From a virus (Duplodnaviria; Caudoviricetes), in the IMG/VR virus record IMGVR_UViG_3300033153_013781, positions 1 through 55,621 of that record: a stretch of DNA of 55,621 bases; one strand, written 5' to 3'. Position 1 is the stretch's first letter, and each line of letters starts with the position of its first letter. Below the pieces are notes generated by a model. That model searched no databases and was not told where the DNA came from. It worked only from the letters and a program-made list of their open reading frames with translations. The translations under genes were made by a program, and so were the position numbers. This document shows positions 23,771 to 34,600 of the stretch, piece by piece.

Positions 23771-23986
23771 ATGATGAATATTTTAGCGTTTGGAATGCCC
23801 GGTGGTATTGAGCTTGTAATGATAGCTGGAATTGGTTTGTTGATTTTTGGAAGAAAGCTTCCTGGAATTGCTCGAAGTTGTGGACAGAGTATTGTCGAGT
23901 TCAAGAAGGGCATTAAGGGTATTTCTGATGGTGCCGATGAAGTGAAAGCTGACTTGAAACAGATTGAGAATGACATTAAGATTTAA
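23771..23986 (+). CDS. tatA: twin-arginine translocase TatA/E
   Basis: GMPGGIELVMIAGIGLLIFGRKLPGIARSCGQSIVEFKKG. Confidence 0.92.
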   Translation: MMNILAFGMPGGIELVMIAGIGLLIFGRKLPGIARSCGQSIVEFKKGIKGISDGADEVKADLKQIENDIKI

Positions 23987-24016
23987 TTTCCGCGGAAAAT
24001 GAAAAGGACTGAAATA

Positions 24017-24469
24017 ATGATTAATAGAAGGAACTTTTTTGGAAGTGTTAGTGTGGCTGCTGTAGCGATTGGTTCTAAAGCAGTTTTGGGCAGAGATGTA
24101 ACTGCAAAACCTCAGCTCACTATGGACATTACTCCTGAGAATGCCTTGCATTATGCTGAATATCTAGTAAAAGCTCCATGTCCGGAATTAGAGGATATTA
24201 TAGCTCAAGATGCCCATTCTGCTTATAGATATGCAAGTTTTGTTCTTGATGGTCCCTTTACTTTGGGGGAAGTAGTCATAGCTCACTCTCGATGGGCTTA
24301 TTTTTATGCCACATTTGCTCTTAAAGGTCGCTTTCCTTTGGGAGAGCCAGCTATAGCTCAAGATGCAGATTATTCCAGGTGGTATGCAGAGTTTCTTGGG
24401 GGAACATTCTTGTTAAATGGAAAAATTATCTATTCAAAGGAAACAGGATTTAAAGGCATCGGGATATAA
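24017..24469 (+). CDS. Tat-signal protein with internal repeats
   Basis: MINRRNFFG signal; repeated AY.YA...L.G.F.LGE..IA units. Confidence 0.75.
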   Translation: MINRRNFFGSVSVAAVAIGSKAVLGRDVTAKPQLTMDITPENALHYAEYLVKAPCPELEDIIAQDAHSAYRYASFVLDGPFTLGEVVIAHSRWAYFYATFALKGRFPLGEPAIAQDADYSRWYAEFLGGTFLLNGKIIYSKETGFKGIGI

Positions 24470-24789
24470 TAATATCTATGAGAACATTTAAAATATCACA
24501 ATTATTTAGTGGCATATGGAGATTTATTTGCGATTTTATAGCTGCATGTAAAACTTTGTTTCGGAAATAATTATGGACAGAAAAATCAAAAGAAAGCTAA
24601 GGATGGCTACGCTCAAAAATATAGCAGCGGTTTTATGCACTATAATAAGTTTTTTCTTTTTTGCAGTATTATTAGTTGAAACAACCGGGTTTGCAACAGG
24701 GTAATATTTTCAAAACCAGAGTTTCCAGGCGTAATCAATTCCTTAAAAATAACACTTGATTTTCCATTAATGGTCATGTATAAACATAT

Positions 24790-25563
24790 ATGACTGTTAA
24801 TCAACTTTGGACAAAATATCAAAAGAAACGAACGGACAAGTATCGCAACGATCTTGTTTTGCACTACTCCTTTCTTATTAATTTTTACGTTAATAAAGTA
24901 TCTTGCAAAAATAAACATGTACAAGAAGAAGAATTATCTGGAGCAGCTTATTTGGGTTTAATCGGAGCTGTTGAAGCTTTTGATCCTGAAAGAAAAATAA
25001 AATTTGAAACCTTTTGTAAGCGACGAATTTATGGTGCGATTATAGATTGGTTACGTGAACTGGATTTACAATCTCGAACTGTTCGAATATTTGAAAAAAA
25101 GAAACAACAAGCAGAAGAGAATCTTTCTCACAATGGATATTATGGCGAGACTGATATCGCAGACAAAATGGATATTAACTATAAACGATATAGCATGTTA
25201 AATAAGCTTCTTTTTCACGGGAAAGAAGTTCGTATCAGTGCGTTGCAAAACAATAGTAAGTATGGAACCAATGCCAATTGGGCAGATTCCAATATTTTTG
25301 ATAATTGGGAAACCGAAGATACAAGAGAATCCGATCCTACGTCTTCGACTAATCAATGGCTTCTTAAAGAATTTATAACTGAAAAATTAGGATGTCTTGA
25401 ACGTAAAATTTTGGTTCTTTATTATTTTGAAGGTTTGATTATGCGTGAAATTGCACAAGAATTGGGCTATAGTGAGTCTCGAATTAGTCAGCTACATTCA
25501 GAGGCTATAGTTCGTGTTCGGAGCAATTTGAAAAAGAACGAATTATTGGCAGAAATATTTTGA
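24790..25563 (+). CDS. FliA/WhiG-family sigma factor
   Basis: GLIGAVEAFDPER.IKFETF..RRIYGAIIDWLR; LYYFEGL.MREIAQELGYSESRISQLH. Confidence 0.92.
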   Translation: MTVNQLWTKYQKKRTDKYRNDLVLHYSFLINFYVNKVSCKNKHVQEEELSGAAYLGLIGAVEAFDPERKIKFETFCKRRIYGAIIDWLRELDLQSRTVRIFEKKKQQAEENLSHNGYYGETDIADKMDINYKRYSMLNKLLFHGKEVRISALQNNSKYGTNANWADSNIFDNWETEDTRESDPTSSTNQWLLKEFITEKLGCLERKILVLYYFEGLIMREIAQELGYSESRISQLHSEAIVRVRSNLKKNELLAEIF

Positions 25564-26048
25564 GAAACAAAACAATGGCTTGGGTTTCATCTGAAGTAAC
25601 AAAAAGTATTACACTTGTCGAGGCGGTTTGCGGACATTGTCAAGCAATCAACTGGTTGGCTGATGAATGGAGTGAAGACCCATCTAAAGTAGATAACGAT
25701 GGTATGACCTGCTGGAGTTGTGAGCAGGAGAGTTATTTTCATCCTTATGTTTATAGCGTCGATACAGGTGTTCCAGAAGAAAACGAAGCTATCGAGTCGG
25801 GGGACGGCAAAAAAAGTATTTTAGATGCAAATTATATAAAGGGGATGAGAATTGGACGTCGTGAAACTACAGATGAGTACAAGAATTTAGGAGCCTGGGA
25901 AGCCCAGATTATAGGTCTGCCTCAAGCTCGTTGTTATGGAAACTCAGATCCTGAAGCAGTAGGAAAATTGATCCTTACTTTTAGAAAAGAATATCCTGGT
26001 GATATTGAATTTTGTGATCCTTCTGAAATGCAGGATCAGAGAATTTGA
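25560..26048 (+). CDS. Zn-ribbon-containing hypothetical protein
   Basis: CGHC..CWSC; overlaps the sigma stop. Confidence 0.65.
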   Translation: MRNKTMAWVSSEVTKSITLVEAVCGHCQAINWLADEWSEDPSKVDNDGMTCWSCEQESYFHPYVYSVDTGVPEENEAIESGDGKKSILDANYIKGMRIGRRETTDEYKNLGAWEAQIIGLPQARCYGNSDPEAVGKLILTFRKEYPGDIEFCDPSEMQDQRI

Positions 26049-26255
26049 CTTTTTATTTTTTGTTACCGATAATGAAGTGTGTAATGAATCCGTATCCAAA
26101 GGAGCGCGGGCATGCAAAAACAATCTCATCGCTGGCTATGCGAACGCCTGGACGTGCCAGCTTGCAGGAAGGCGCAGAATCGCAACCTGTGGCTCTGGAG
26201 ACCGTGATGGTTGTGCTCCTTTGAGTGCGGATTCAATTTTAGAAGGAGAAACAAA

Positions 26256-26495
26256 ATGGAAATAGATCCTACACCATATCTTGGAGTCGTTGGAGCTATT
26301 ATTATGTGGTTTGGGCTAATTTTTGTAATTAGCATTATCAAAGGTTTTATCGTTCAGGGTACATCTATTGCGATTTCAGAATGGTTGTTAAAAGTTGGTG
26401 ATGAAAACTCTCAGGAGCGAATTTGTCGTTGGCTCGGAGATAAAGAGAAGATTCTTGCACATTTAAAAGAAATAAAAGCCAAGGAAAACTCTTGA
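26256..26495 (+). CDS. small membrane protein
   Basis: AAGGAG RBS; TM helix. Confidence 0.65.
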   Translation: MEIDPTPYLGVVGAIIMWFGLIFVISIIKGFIVQGTSIAISEWLLKVGDENSQERICRWLGDKEKILAHLKEIKAKENS

Positions 26496-26519
26496 CATTT
26501 TGACGAAACGTGGTATAAT
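26492..26519 (+). promoter_or_regulatory. sigma70-type promoter
   Basis: TTGACA-N16-TATAAT with extended TG. Confidence 0.75.
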
Positions 26520-26540
26520 GACGAAAATTGGAGAAAAATC

Positions 26541-27020
26541 ATGAAAATGACGCTTTCAAAAGCTATGAAACACAAAAATCGGGTTGCCCAGAAAATCTCA
26601 AAGATTTCGGGAGAGATCCAAAGTCACAACAGCATTCTTAATGTGAATGAACCCGAAGTGAACGTATTGAAGCTAAACAAAGCAAGGACCATTCTCGTAG
26701 AGTATTTGGTGAATCTAAAAACAGCCATTCACAGGGCATCGGATAAAGTTCGTCATGACATCTTCACAATGTCTGAATTGCGACAATCGATATCTTTTTA
26801 TCGTTCAATCAATACTCAACATGGCAAAATTCAGTCTCATAGTTTTGGGTCTGGAGATGATTTTATTGAGTACAGAGCAGCTATACGCAGAGATACAGTT
26901 GAAAGCTCTGTAAATCTATTAGAAGCTTCGATAGATGAAATTCAAGATAAGCTTGATGCATTTAACGCGACTGAAATAATCGATATCAATGTTCCAGAAG
27001 AGATGTCTCGTCCTATTTAG
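26541..27020 (+). CDS. DIP1984/septicolysin-like coiled-coil protein
   Basis: MTLSKAMK.KNR..LK.AI..IDEIQDKLDAFN.T.I pattern (recognised from memory). Confidence 0.6.
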   Translation: MKMTLSKAMKHKNRVAQKISKISGEIQSHNSILNVNEPEVNVLKLNKARTILVEYLVNLKTAIHRASDKVRHDIFTMSELRQSISFYRSINTQHGKIQSHSFGSGDDFIEYRAAIRRDTVESSVNLLEASIDEIQDKLDAFNATEIIDINVPEEMSRPI

Positions 27021-27033
27021 GGTGCGGACTTTT

Positions 27034-27243
27034 GGGAGTGTTGAAGCGAACGGAATAATGTGGCGTTGTTTGATGAAAATCATACAATGAAACCTATGCA
27101 ATGGGTCAACCTATATCGTGATCTGAATTCAAAATTCACGATTTAAGGATGCAAAATTCAGGGCATACCAGCCGACATCAATATGCAAAATTCCATTCTG
27201 CTACAACTTTTCGAGTCGCTTCGGCGGCTAGCTTCAACCTCCC
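27034..27243 (+). ncRNA. candidate ~210-nt structured RNA
   Basis: Closing stem GGGAGTGTTGAAGC/GCTTCAACCTCCC; three CAAAATTC repeats. Confidence 0.6.
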
Positions 27244-27289
27244 TCTTCTTTTTCTCCTTCTATGTATAATTAAGAGAAAGGAGATTGTT

Positions 27290-27682
27290 ATGGGAGAAAG
27301 CATTATTTTTCCGTCATTAACGGATCAGATGGTTTTGGGGGTATTCAAATATCTTGTTGAAGCGGAGTTGCGTAAAAGCGTCCCTGGCCACACAGATTTT
27401 CGATTTGGTTGTCAAGAAGGAATGATAGCCTCAATGGTCATTATGTTTGGACAAGCAGACGACGCTGTTGCGGAAAAGGCGTATGATCAAGGTGTTTCTT
27501 GGTCACACATAATTGGTGACATCAAAAAAGATTTACAAACTTGGGAAAATGCACTCGAAAATATGGAAAACCATACGCAGGTTGATTTCGAAAGTTTGCA
27601 AGATGCTGTAGACAAAGCTGTAAATGATTATGCTCTAAAGCATCCCAAGAAGCTTGGAGATGCTCTACGAGTAAACCTCTAG
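27290..27682 (+). CDS. hypothetical protein
   Basis: AAGGAG RBS before MGES. Confidence 0.7.
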   Translation: MGESIIFPSLTDQMVLGVFKYLVEAELRKSVPGHTDFRFGCQEGMIASMVIMFGQADDAVAEKAYDQGVSWSHIIGDIKKDLQTWENALENMENHTQVDFESLQDAVDKAVNDYALKHPKKLGDALRVNL

Positions 27683-27692
27683 GAGCAAGATA

Positions 27693-28820
27693 GTGTTAAG
27701 CCCAATTGGTAATCGACGCATTAAAGCTAAAAAAGATGCGTTTGTTAAATTAGTAAATGAACACAAAGAGAAAAAATGGGTTATTTGTAGTCACGATAAT
27801 CCTGATCCAGATTCAATTGCCTCATGTTTAGGCATGTCTCATATATTAGGTTTTCTCGGCGTTGAAGACACTGTTGTAACTTATTGTGGAGAGATTAGTC
27901 ATCCTCAAAACAGGGCAATGATTAATGTTCTGCAATTAATAATTACCAAATGGGAGGATTTAGAACCTCCTGACAACGAGGCAATTTATGTTTTCGTAGA
28001 CTGTTCTTTTGGACAAAAGAATATGTCTATTAAACAACAGATGCCTAAAATTGTGATTGACCATCATAAAATACCCACGAATAATAAAGAGGTTCTTTTT
28101 TTGCACGATGAAGTTGGAGCGTGTTCTACTCTTGTTTTGGATTTAGCGTTATCAGTAACGCAAGAGGCAGAGGCAGAGGCAGAGGCAGAGGCAGAGGCAG
28201 AGGCAGAAGATAAAGAAGAATTGCAATGTTTCGATCCTGACGAGGATGGTACTAAAGAATTAGCTACAGCGTTGGCTATTGGGATAAAGACGGATACGTT
28301 GGATTTTTTAAATGAGACGACAACGCCAGATGATTTTCAGGCGTTTCGCTTATTGGGTAGACATCTGAGTGATGAGAAATTTGGAAGAATAGTTAATTAT
28401 GAATTTCCTCCTTATGTGCTTGACTATGAGCAGACGGCATGGGAGAATAAGAGACCTGAATTCCAGCCTCATTTTATCACTGGTTTGGGATATATCGACG
28501 CAGCTCAGTCGGATTGTATTCCAACGATTGCCGATAAATTTATGCGTATTCAGGGCGTACAAACGGTTGTCGTTTATGGAGTTGTAGAAAATGGAATAAG
28601 AGCGAGTGTACGAACTTCAAGTGCATCTTTGGATTGTCAAACGCTTTGTGATGATGTTTTTGGAAAAGGAAATGGCGGCGCAAAACATGGAATTGGCGGG
28701 GCGTACGTCGCGTTTAATGTATTTTTTCCGCAAGAAATGAGTGATGAGGATCGTAAATCGCTGTGGATTTTAATAAAATCTCAAGTCGAAGGTCGATTTG
28801 AGAGAGCAACTAATAAATAG
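27693..28820 (+). CDS. DHH/DHHA1 phosphoesterase (NrnA-like)
   Basis: HDNPDPDS, FVD, IDHH, IKTDT, SVRT and GGAK motifs. Confidence 0.92.
   Translation: MLSPIGNRRIKAKKDAFVKLVNEHKEKKWVICSHDNPDPDSIASCLGMSHILGFLGVEDTVVTYCGEISHPQNRAMINVLQLIITKWEDLEPPDNEAIYVFVDCSFGQKNMSIKQQMPKIVIDHHKIPTNNKEVLFLHDEVGACSTLVLDLALSVTQEAEAEAEAEAEAEAEDKEELQCFDPDEDGTKELATALAIGIKTDTLDFLNETTTPDDFQAFRLLGRHLSDEKFGRIVNYEFPPYVLDYEQTAWENKRPEFQPHFITGLGYIDAAQSDCIPTIADKFMRIQGVQTVVVYGVVENGIRASVRTSSASLDCQTLCDDVFGKGNGGAKHGIGGAYVAFNVFFPQEMSDEDRKSLWILIKSQVEGRFERATNK
28164..28205 (+). repeat. (GAGGCA)7 in-frame microsatellite
   Basis: Encodes (EA)7. Confidence 0.95.
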
Positions 28821-28862
28821 GAGAATCCTAAAAAAGGACGTATGTAATTAGGGAGAAAAATT

Positions 28863-30609
28863 ATGTCAGTATTAAATAATGACGTTTTATGGCTTACCAA
28901 ATCATGGTTAGCTCATGATTCGAAAACTGTTGAAGATTCATTCAAGACAGTCTGTTCGGATCGTGGACGCTTTCTGGACAAGGATTATACCCCTTATGAT
29001 ATTGGAAGCTGGATTAATCTCCCTGTTGAAGACGGAAAAGAATTCATTCAACTTTCTCGTACGCGAATTAGGGTTCCGGAAATTATGTTATTGGCGAACT
29101 ATAATCACATTCCAGTAAGGACTGTGGTATTTTGTCGTAGAAATATTTGGCGTCGAGACAGAGGGCGTTGTTTTGTTCCAGAGACTCTAATCTTGATGGA
29201 AAATGGAGGATTTCAACCAATAAACTCCATTGAAGTAGGTGATAGAGTTTTAGATGCAGAGGGGAATGTGCAAGATGTTGATTTTGTTTTTTCTAAGCAC
29301 ACAAATGATGACCTCGTTGTTTTGCGTCATCGAGGCAATGGAGATTATCTAACTTGTACTTCAGATCATAGGATTTTAGTTTCTGATAAAAATTTCAACA
29401 CCAAATGGGTAGAAGCTGGAGATATTACTACTAATGATTACTTGTTTGAGTTGAGTCAAGTCCCTCATCTCCAAAATATCCAAAATGGCAGAATTCCTCG
29501 TCCTTTGGATTTAAACATAATTTGTAATGCTCTGAAGAATTTAAAATATACTGATCATACTGTTAGAGATTATAATCGAAAGACGGTACATCGTCATGTA
29601 TCTATAGATGAAAAATTAGGACGTTTTGTCGGATACTTTCTTGCTGAAGGAAATGTATTTGATAACCGTGTTACTTTCTCTTTGCATATTGATGAAGACG
29701 ATTTTGCAAGTGATATACAGAAACTTATAAAATCTATTTTTGATGTAGATGTTTCTCTGAAAAAGTTCCCGGACAAACACTTACAGCAGGTAATTTGTAA
29801 TTCTTCTATTATCGCCGAATTTGTAAGAAATTGGTGTTTTCACAATGCCGAAAAAAGAGTTCAATCAAAAGATCTTCCAAGAAACTATTTAAAAGGTATT
29901 CTCTATGGGATATTACGAGGGGACGGAACTTTTAATGAAGATCAGTTCCGCGCGACTTTGATGATGAAGACAGAAAATTTAATTCGTGATATTTATCTGG
30001 TATCACATTTATGTGGTATTAGAGCAACTTTGTCAAAAACTGGACGCCGAAAGGATGGTCGCAGTTATAAAAGTGTTATATATAATGCTCAAGAATTTAA
30101 CAAAATAGCACAAGTTTGTATGTTAGAAAAAAAACAGTACACTAGAAATAGCAAAGTTTATATCTAAAGTAACTTCTGTAGCTCGTATGCCATATAGCGG
30201 ATTAGTCTATGATTTGCAAGTTAGTGGATCACACACTTATGTGGCTGATTTTGTTTGTGTTCATAATTGTCAATATTGTGGTTTTGAACCAAGGGTTGAC
30301 GATGTAACGATGGATCATGTCCACCCAAGATCAAAGGGTGGCTTGTCTACGTTTGACAACGTGGTTCTATGTTGCACCGCTTGTAACCTTAAAAAGGGCA
30401 GCAGATCGCTTGCGCAAGCTGGTATGCGACTTCAAAAGTTGAAGAGGTATTCTAACGGAGAATGGGGTACGATTCACTATGACATTCCTAAACGTCCTAT
30501 GTGGAATCCTCTGTATGCTTTGAGGCGTAGGACGTATCCGAAATCTTGGGGAGCGTTTTTGAAGCATTTTGATGAGTCCCTATATTGGGAAGTAAAACTG
30601 GAGGAATAG
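28863..30609 (+). CDS. McrA-like HNH endonuclease with intein, split by a +1 frameshift
   Basis: RRNIWRRDRGR|intein|CQYCG..TMDHVHPRSKGG..NVVLCC.ACN.KKG; ORFs 28863..30167 and 30187..30609. Confidence 0.85.
29169..30267 (+). mobile_element. intein with LAGLIDADG domain
   Basis: CFVPET start; CTSDH; GYFLAEG; GILRGDG; VYDLQV..VHN|C. Confidence 0.9.
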
Positions 30610-30821
30610 TGGAAGCGATTATTGATTTTTTAATTTCCAGCAAAGCGATTATTGGTGCTGTTGTTGGTCTCTTAGAAGGCGTAGTCGTTCTGATTAATCT
30701 CTGGCGTAAATTGACTGTAAAAAATGAGGGAGAAGTCGATGTAATGTCGGCTTCTCCTTCTAAATTTAAGGCTTTTATATGGGTTTGCAATCCTGTTAAT
30801 GTTTTTCGTAAACCCAAATAG
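30609..30821 (+). CDS. small membrane protein
   Basis: GGAGG RBS; one TM helix. Confidence 0.6.
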   Translation: MEAIIDFLISSKAIIGAVVGLLEGVVVLINLWRKLTVKNEGEVDVMSASPSKFKAFIWVCNPVNVFRKPK

Positions 30822-30870
30822 TTTCCTTGTATAATATGCTCTCAACGAGAATATTATTAAGGAAACTGAA

Positions 30871-31602
30871 ATGCCCGAAATTGTTACTGATCATGAAGTC
30901 CTGCGTCGAAAATCTGAGCCTGCCAATGATTTAGAAATTGGCGATCTTATCCAACAATTATCTATTAGCATTCCTGCCCATGCTCTGGGACTTGCTGCCC
31001 CTCAAATTGGTATTCATAAGCGCATCTTCCTGGCGAATCTTTCGTCTGGTTCATTTGCTTTTATTAATCCTGAAATAACATGGACAAGTCCCGATAAAAT
31101 TCCATCTGAGGAATCTTGTTTATCATTACCGGGAATAAATCGTTGCGTAGAAAGACATTCACAAGCAACTGTGTCATGTTATAAGCTTATAGACATGAAA
31201 ACTGGAGATGTCGTATTCGATCCAGAGCCAATGAGATTAAAAAATCGTGATTCATTTATTGTTCAACATGAAAACGATCATTTGAATGGTGTGTTAATAA
31301 TAAATTTACCTCTTGTGATGACAGTTGAAGCAAAGCGATTAGCAAAAGAAGAAAACAGGAAGAAAAGAATACAAAAATCCCGCCTTAATAAACCTCCCCC
31401 AAAGCCTCCCAAAATGAGCACTTCGAATTTAATTAAGAAGAAACGTAAAGCAAAAAAAACAAAGAGAGAGCAACGTACTGCAAAACGGCAAGATAAGATC
31501 CGTGTCGAGATTCAAGAACGTTTCAATGCGGAGAAAAAAGGTCTTTTTTCTAAGAGTGAATCTTCTACATCTGACGCTGCAAATGAGGTTAAGCAAGACT
31601 GA
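30871..31602 (+). CDS. def: peptide deformylase with basic C-terminal tail
   Basis: GLAAPQIG, ESCLS and QHENDHLNG motifs. Confidence 0.95.
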   Translation: MPEIVTDHEVLRRKSEPANDLEIGDLIQQLSISIPAHALGLAAPQIGIHKRIFLANLSSGSFAFINPEITWTSPDKIPSEESCLSLPGINRCVERHSQATVSCYKLIDMKTGDVVFDPEPMRLKNRDSFIVQHENDHLNGVLIINLPLVMTVEAKRLAKEENRKKRIQKSRLNKPPPKPPKMSTSNLIKKKRKAKKTKREQRTAKRQDKIRVEIQERFNAEKKGLFSKSESSTSDAANEVKQD

Positions 31603-31692
31603 TAATATGTTTTTGCCGAGCTCGAAAACAGAGGCAGGAAATGACCTTGCTTTGGACAATTTATACCACTGCGAAATTGATAATTATAGGAG

Positions 31693-34600
31693 ATGCCCAT
31701 GTCGCCATTGACGCCCGTTGCTCAACAAGTGTGTGAAAAACGTTACTTTCAAAAAGATAAAGATGGAAAAATAATAGAGGATTGGAGCCAATTGGCTTCA
31801 CGCGTAGTTAGCCATGTTTGTAAAAATGAAGACGATGATTTTCAGAAGAATATTTATGATCTAATATATAAGACAGAATTTTTACCCAATTCACCCTGTT
31901 TAGTAAATGCTGGAACTACTACCAAAAGCAAAGGTTTAATGGCATGTTTTGTCACTAAAGCACCAGAAGATTCGTGGATAGGAATGTTGGAAAATATTGG
32001 TAACTTTGGACATATTGCCAGACAGGGTGGTGGTTGCGGGGTAGATTTTAGTAAAATCCGTCCTGAAAATGATCCTGTTTTTGGTTCAACCCATGCCAAA
32101 GCATGTGGACCCATTGAACACATGAGAATGATTTCTGAAGTTATGAGTTCTATTACTCAATCTGGATTTCGTGGCATGGCCTGTTGCTCATATGATACAT
32201 TGATTAGCACGGACTCTGGATTTATTCAATTGGGAGAAATCGTCGAACAAAGCATGATTGGGCTTGGCATTCATACTCAATTTGGACCTGCCACAATTAC
32301 TAATGCTTGGTGCAATGGAGAGAAAGAAGTTTTTGAAATAATTACTGAAAAGGGTAATAAAATAAAACTTACTGGCGATCATAAAGTCTATGTAATTGAT
32401 AGATATAACGGAAAAAATCATGGAAAACTTACCAAAAAAATAAATCAAATTGGGGTGTGGAAAGAAGTTAAAAATATTGATCTGCAAAATGATTGCTTAG
32501 TTCTGAATCTAGATGAAAAACCTTTTGCAGCCAAATATCAATATGTCAATGGAATTAAAGTGGATGAACAATTATCATCTTTAGTATCTTATACGAAGTG
32601 TGATGGGCTCTTCAAAAGGTACAATAGTTGCCAAAGATTGGAACTGGCGCTAGATTCTAAAGAATCCATTGATTATTTTATGATGACTGAACATGTTCAT
32701 TTTAATCAACTTCCCGAACGAAGCAATGGAATAACAGTTTTAAGAAAAGAAGGCAAATCCGTAGAGTTTTTGAAGTATTTTGGAGAATTCGGAACATATC
32801 ATTGCGATATTCCTTCTGTTATATTTAAATCTCCCAAAACTGTTGTATCGTCTTTTATTCAAGCTGCATTCGACGCAGAAGGCACAGTGGATGTAAGCGA
32901 TGATAGGTGTCGTATTATAACTGGTATGACTAGCATTGAATTTGTTGAAGATTTACAAATTCTTTTAGGCATGTTCGGTATTCAAAGCCAACTAAGACGA
33001 GATGTAGTACATGTGAATAAAGATGGAATCACCCGTCATAATATGCATTATCTAAGCATTAGTAATAAATGGCACGTTAAAAGATTCATGGAAGAAATTG
33101 GATTTTTGTCGAATCGCAAAAATGAAGCTGCAAGAAAAGCATTAGAAAAAATGAATTTTGATAAAATTGGACGTGGCAACACTCCTTCTGCCAAAATTAT
33201 TCACCGAATTGCTCGGATAGATTCTTTGGGAGAAATGCCCGTTTATGATATATCTACTTCTAATGAAACTTTTTTGGCAAACAATTTAACTGTTCACAAT
33301 TGTATGTCGTGTTTACGTGTTGATCATCCGGATATTCTGAAGTTTATTATTTGCAAACAGCGTGATAGAGCTTTAAAAACTTTGTTAAAAGAAGATATTT
33401 TCAATCATTATGATGCCCTAAAAGGGAATACGGATGAACAACTGAATGTAGTTCTAGATAAATTTATTTCTAATTTTAATATTAGTGTGTTTACAACTGA
33501 TGATTTTATGCAAAAAGTAGAAAATGATGAAGAGTATGATTTGGCATTCAATGACAAAATCTATCAAACAGTTAAAGCTCGCGATATTTTTGATATGATT
33601 GTTAAAAATGCTTGGCAAAATGGCGATCCAGGCATGTTGTTTCATAATACTATTAATGACGGTCCTTATAAATATTCTAAACAAAAAATTACAGCTACAA
33701 ACCCGTGCGTTGTTAAAGGCTCTTTAGTTGCTGGAGCACTTGGATGGGAGCCTGTTGAAGATATTAAAGTTGGGGATAAAATTTTCTCCCAAGGTCGTTT
33801 GGTCCCGGTTACAAGCATAGAAGTAAATGAAGACCACAAGGTTTTCCGTGTTGAGTTTACTGATGGTGATTATATCGATGCGACTGCTGCACACCGATTC
33901 AAGTGTGTAGTTGATAAACAGTACCAATATCTTCGGTTGGACGAAATAGGAGAAGGACACCGAGTTGTTGTGGAACCTATTGATATTGACCAAATGGAAT
34001 ATAGAGGCATAGGATACTTGACATCTTATGCTCTGAATAACAAAGAAGAGTGCAAAGGTAACGACGAATTTTGGTCGCAAAGAGATTTAGGATTGCTTGT
34101 AGGAGCTGTCTTAGGGGATGGCTGTTTTACAGAACGCAAGACAAATCGAAAAATGGTTGATGTTTCCTTTGGAAGAGCAGAGTCTGATTGGCAGTCGAAA
34201 TACTGCGAGCTTTTAAAAAAATATGGTGTTTCGTATTACAATGAAACTACCAACCAAACTATCAGAGTTCGAAGTAATTATCTTCTGGAAATACTTGAAC
34301 ATGCGGGAGTGCAACGTAATAAAGCTCCTAAAAAGAAAATTCCAGATAAATTTATGCATTCTAACGATAAAGAATTGCTGGCGGGAGTATTGGATGGACT
34401 GTTTAGTACAGACGGGAATATGTCTCTCAAAAAAGACAATCCGATGCTTCGACTGACTAGTTCTAGCTACGAAATGTGTCGTCAGGTACGACGTGTCTTA
34501 CTGTCGTTTGGAATCCATGCAAAAATATACAAAACAGAGAGAACGTCACATATTTACGACGATCCGAATTGTGGTCCTCGGGAAATATCTTCTGAAAATC

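Noticed and set aside
27149-27289. N-terminal extension of ORF 27149..27682
   Set aside because: Overlaps the structured RNA; strong RBS precedes 27290
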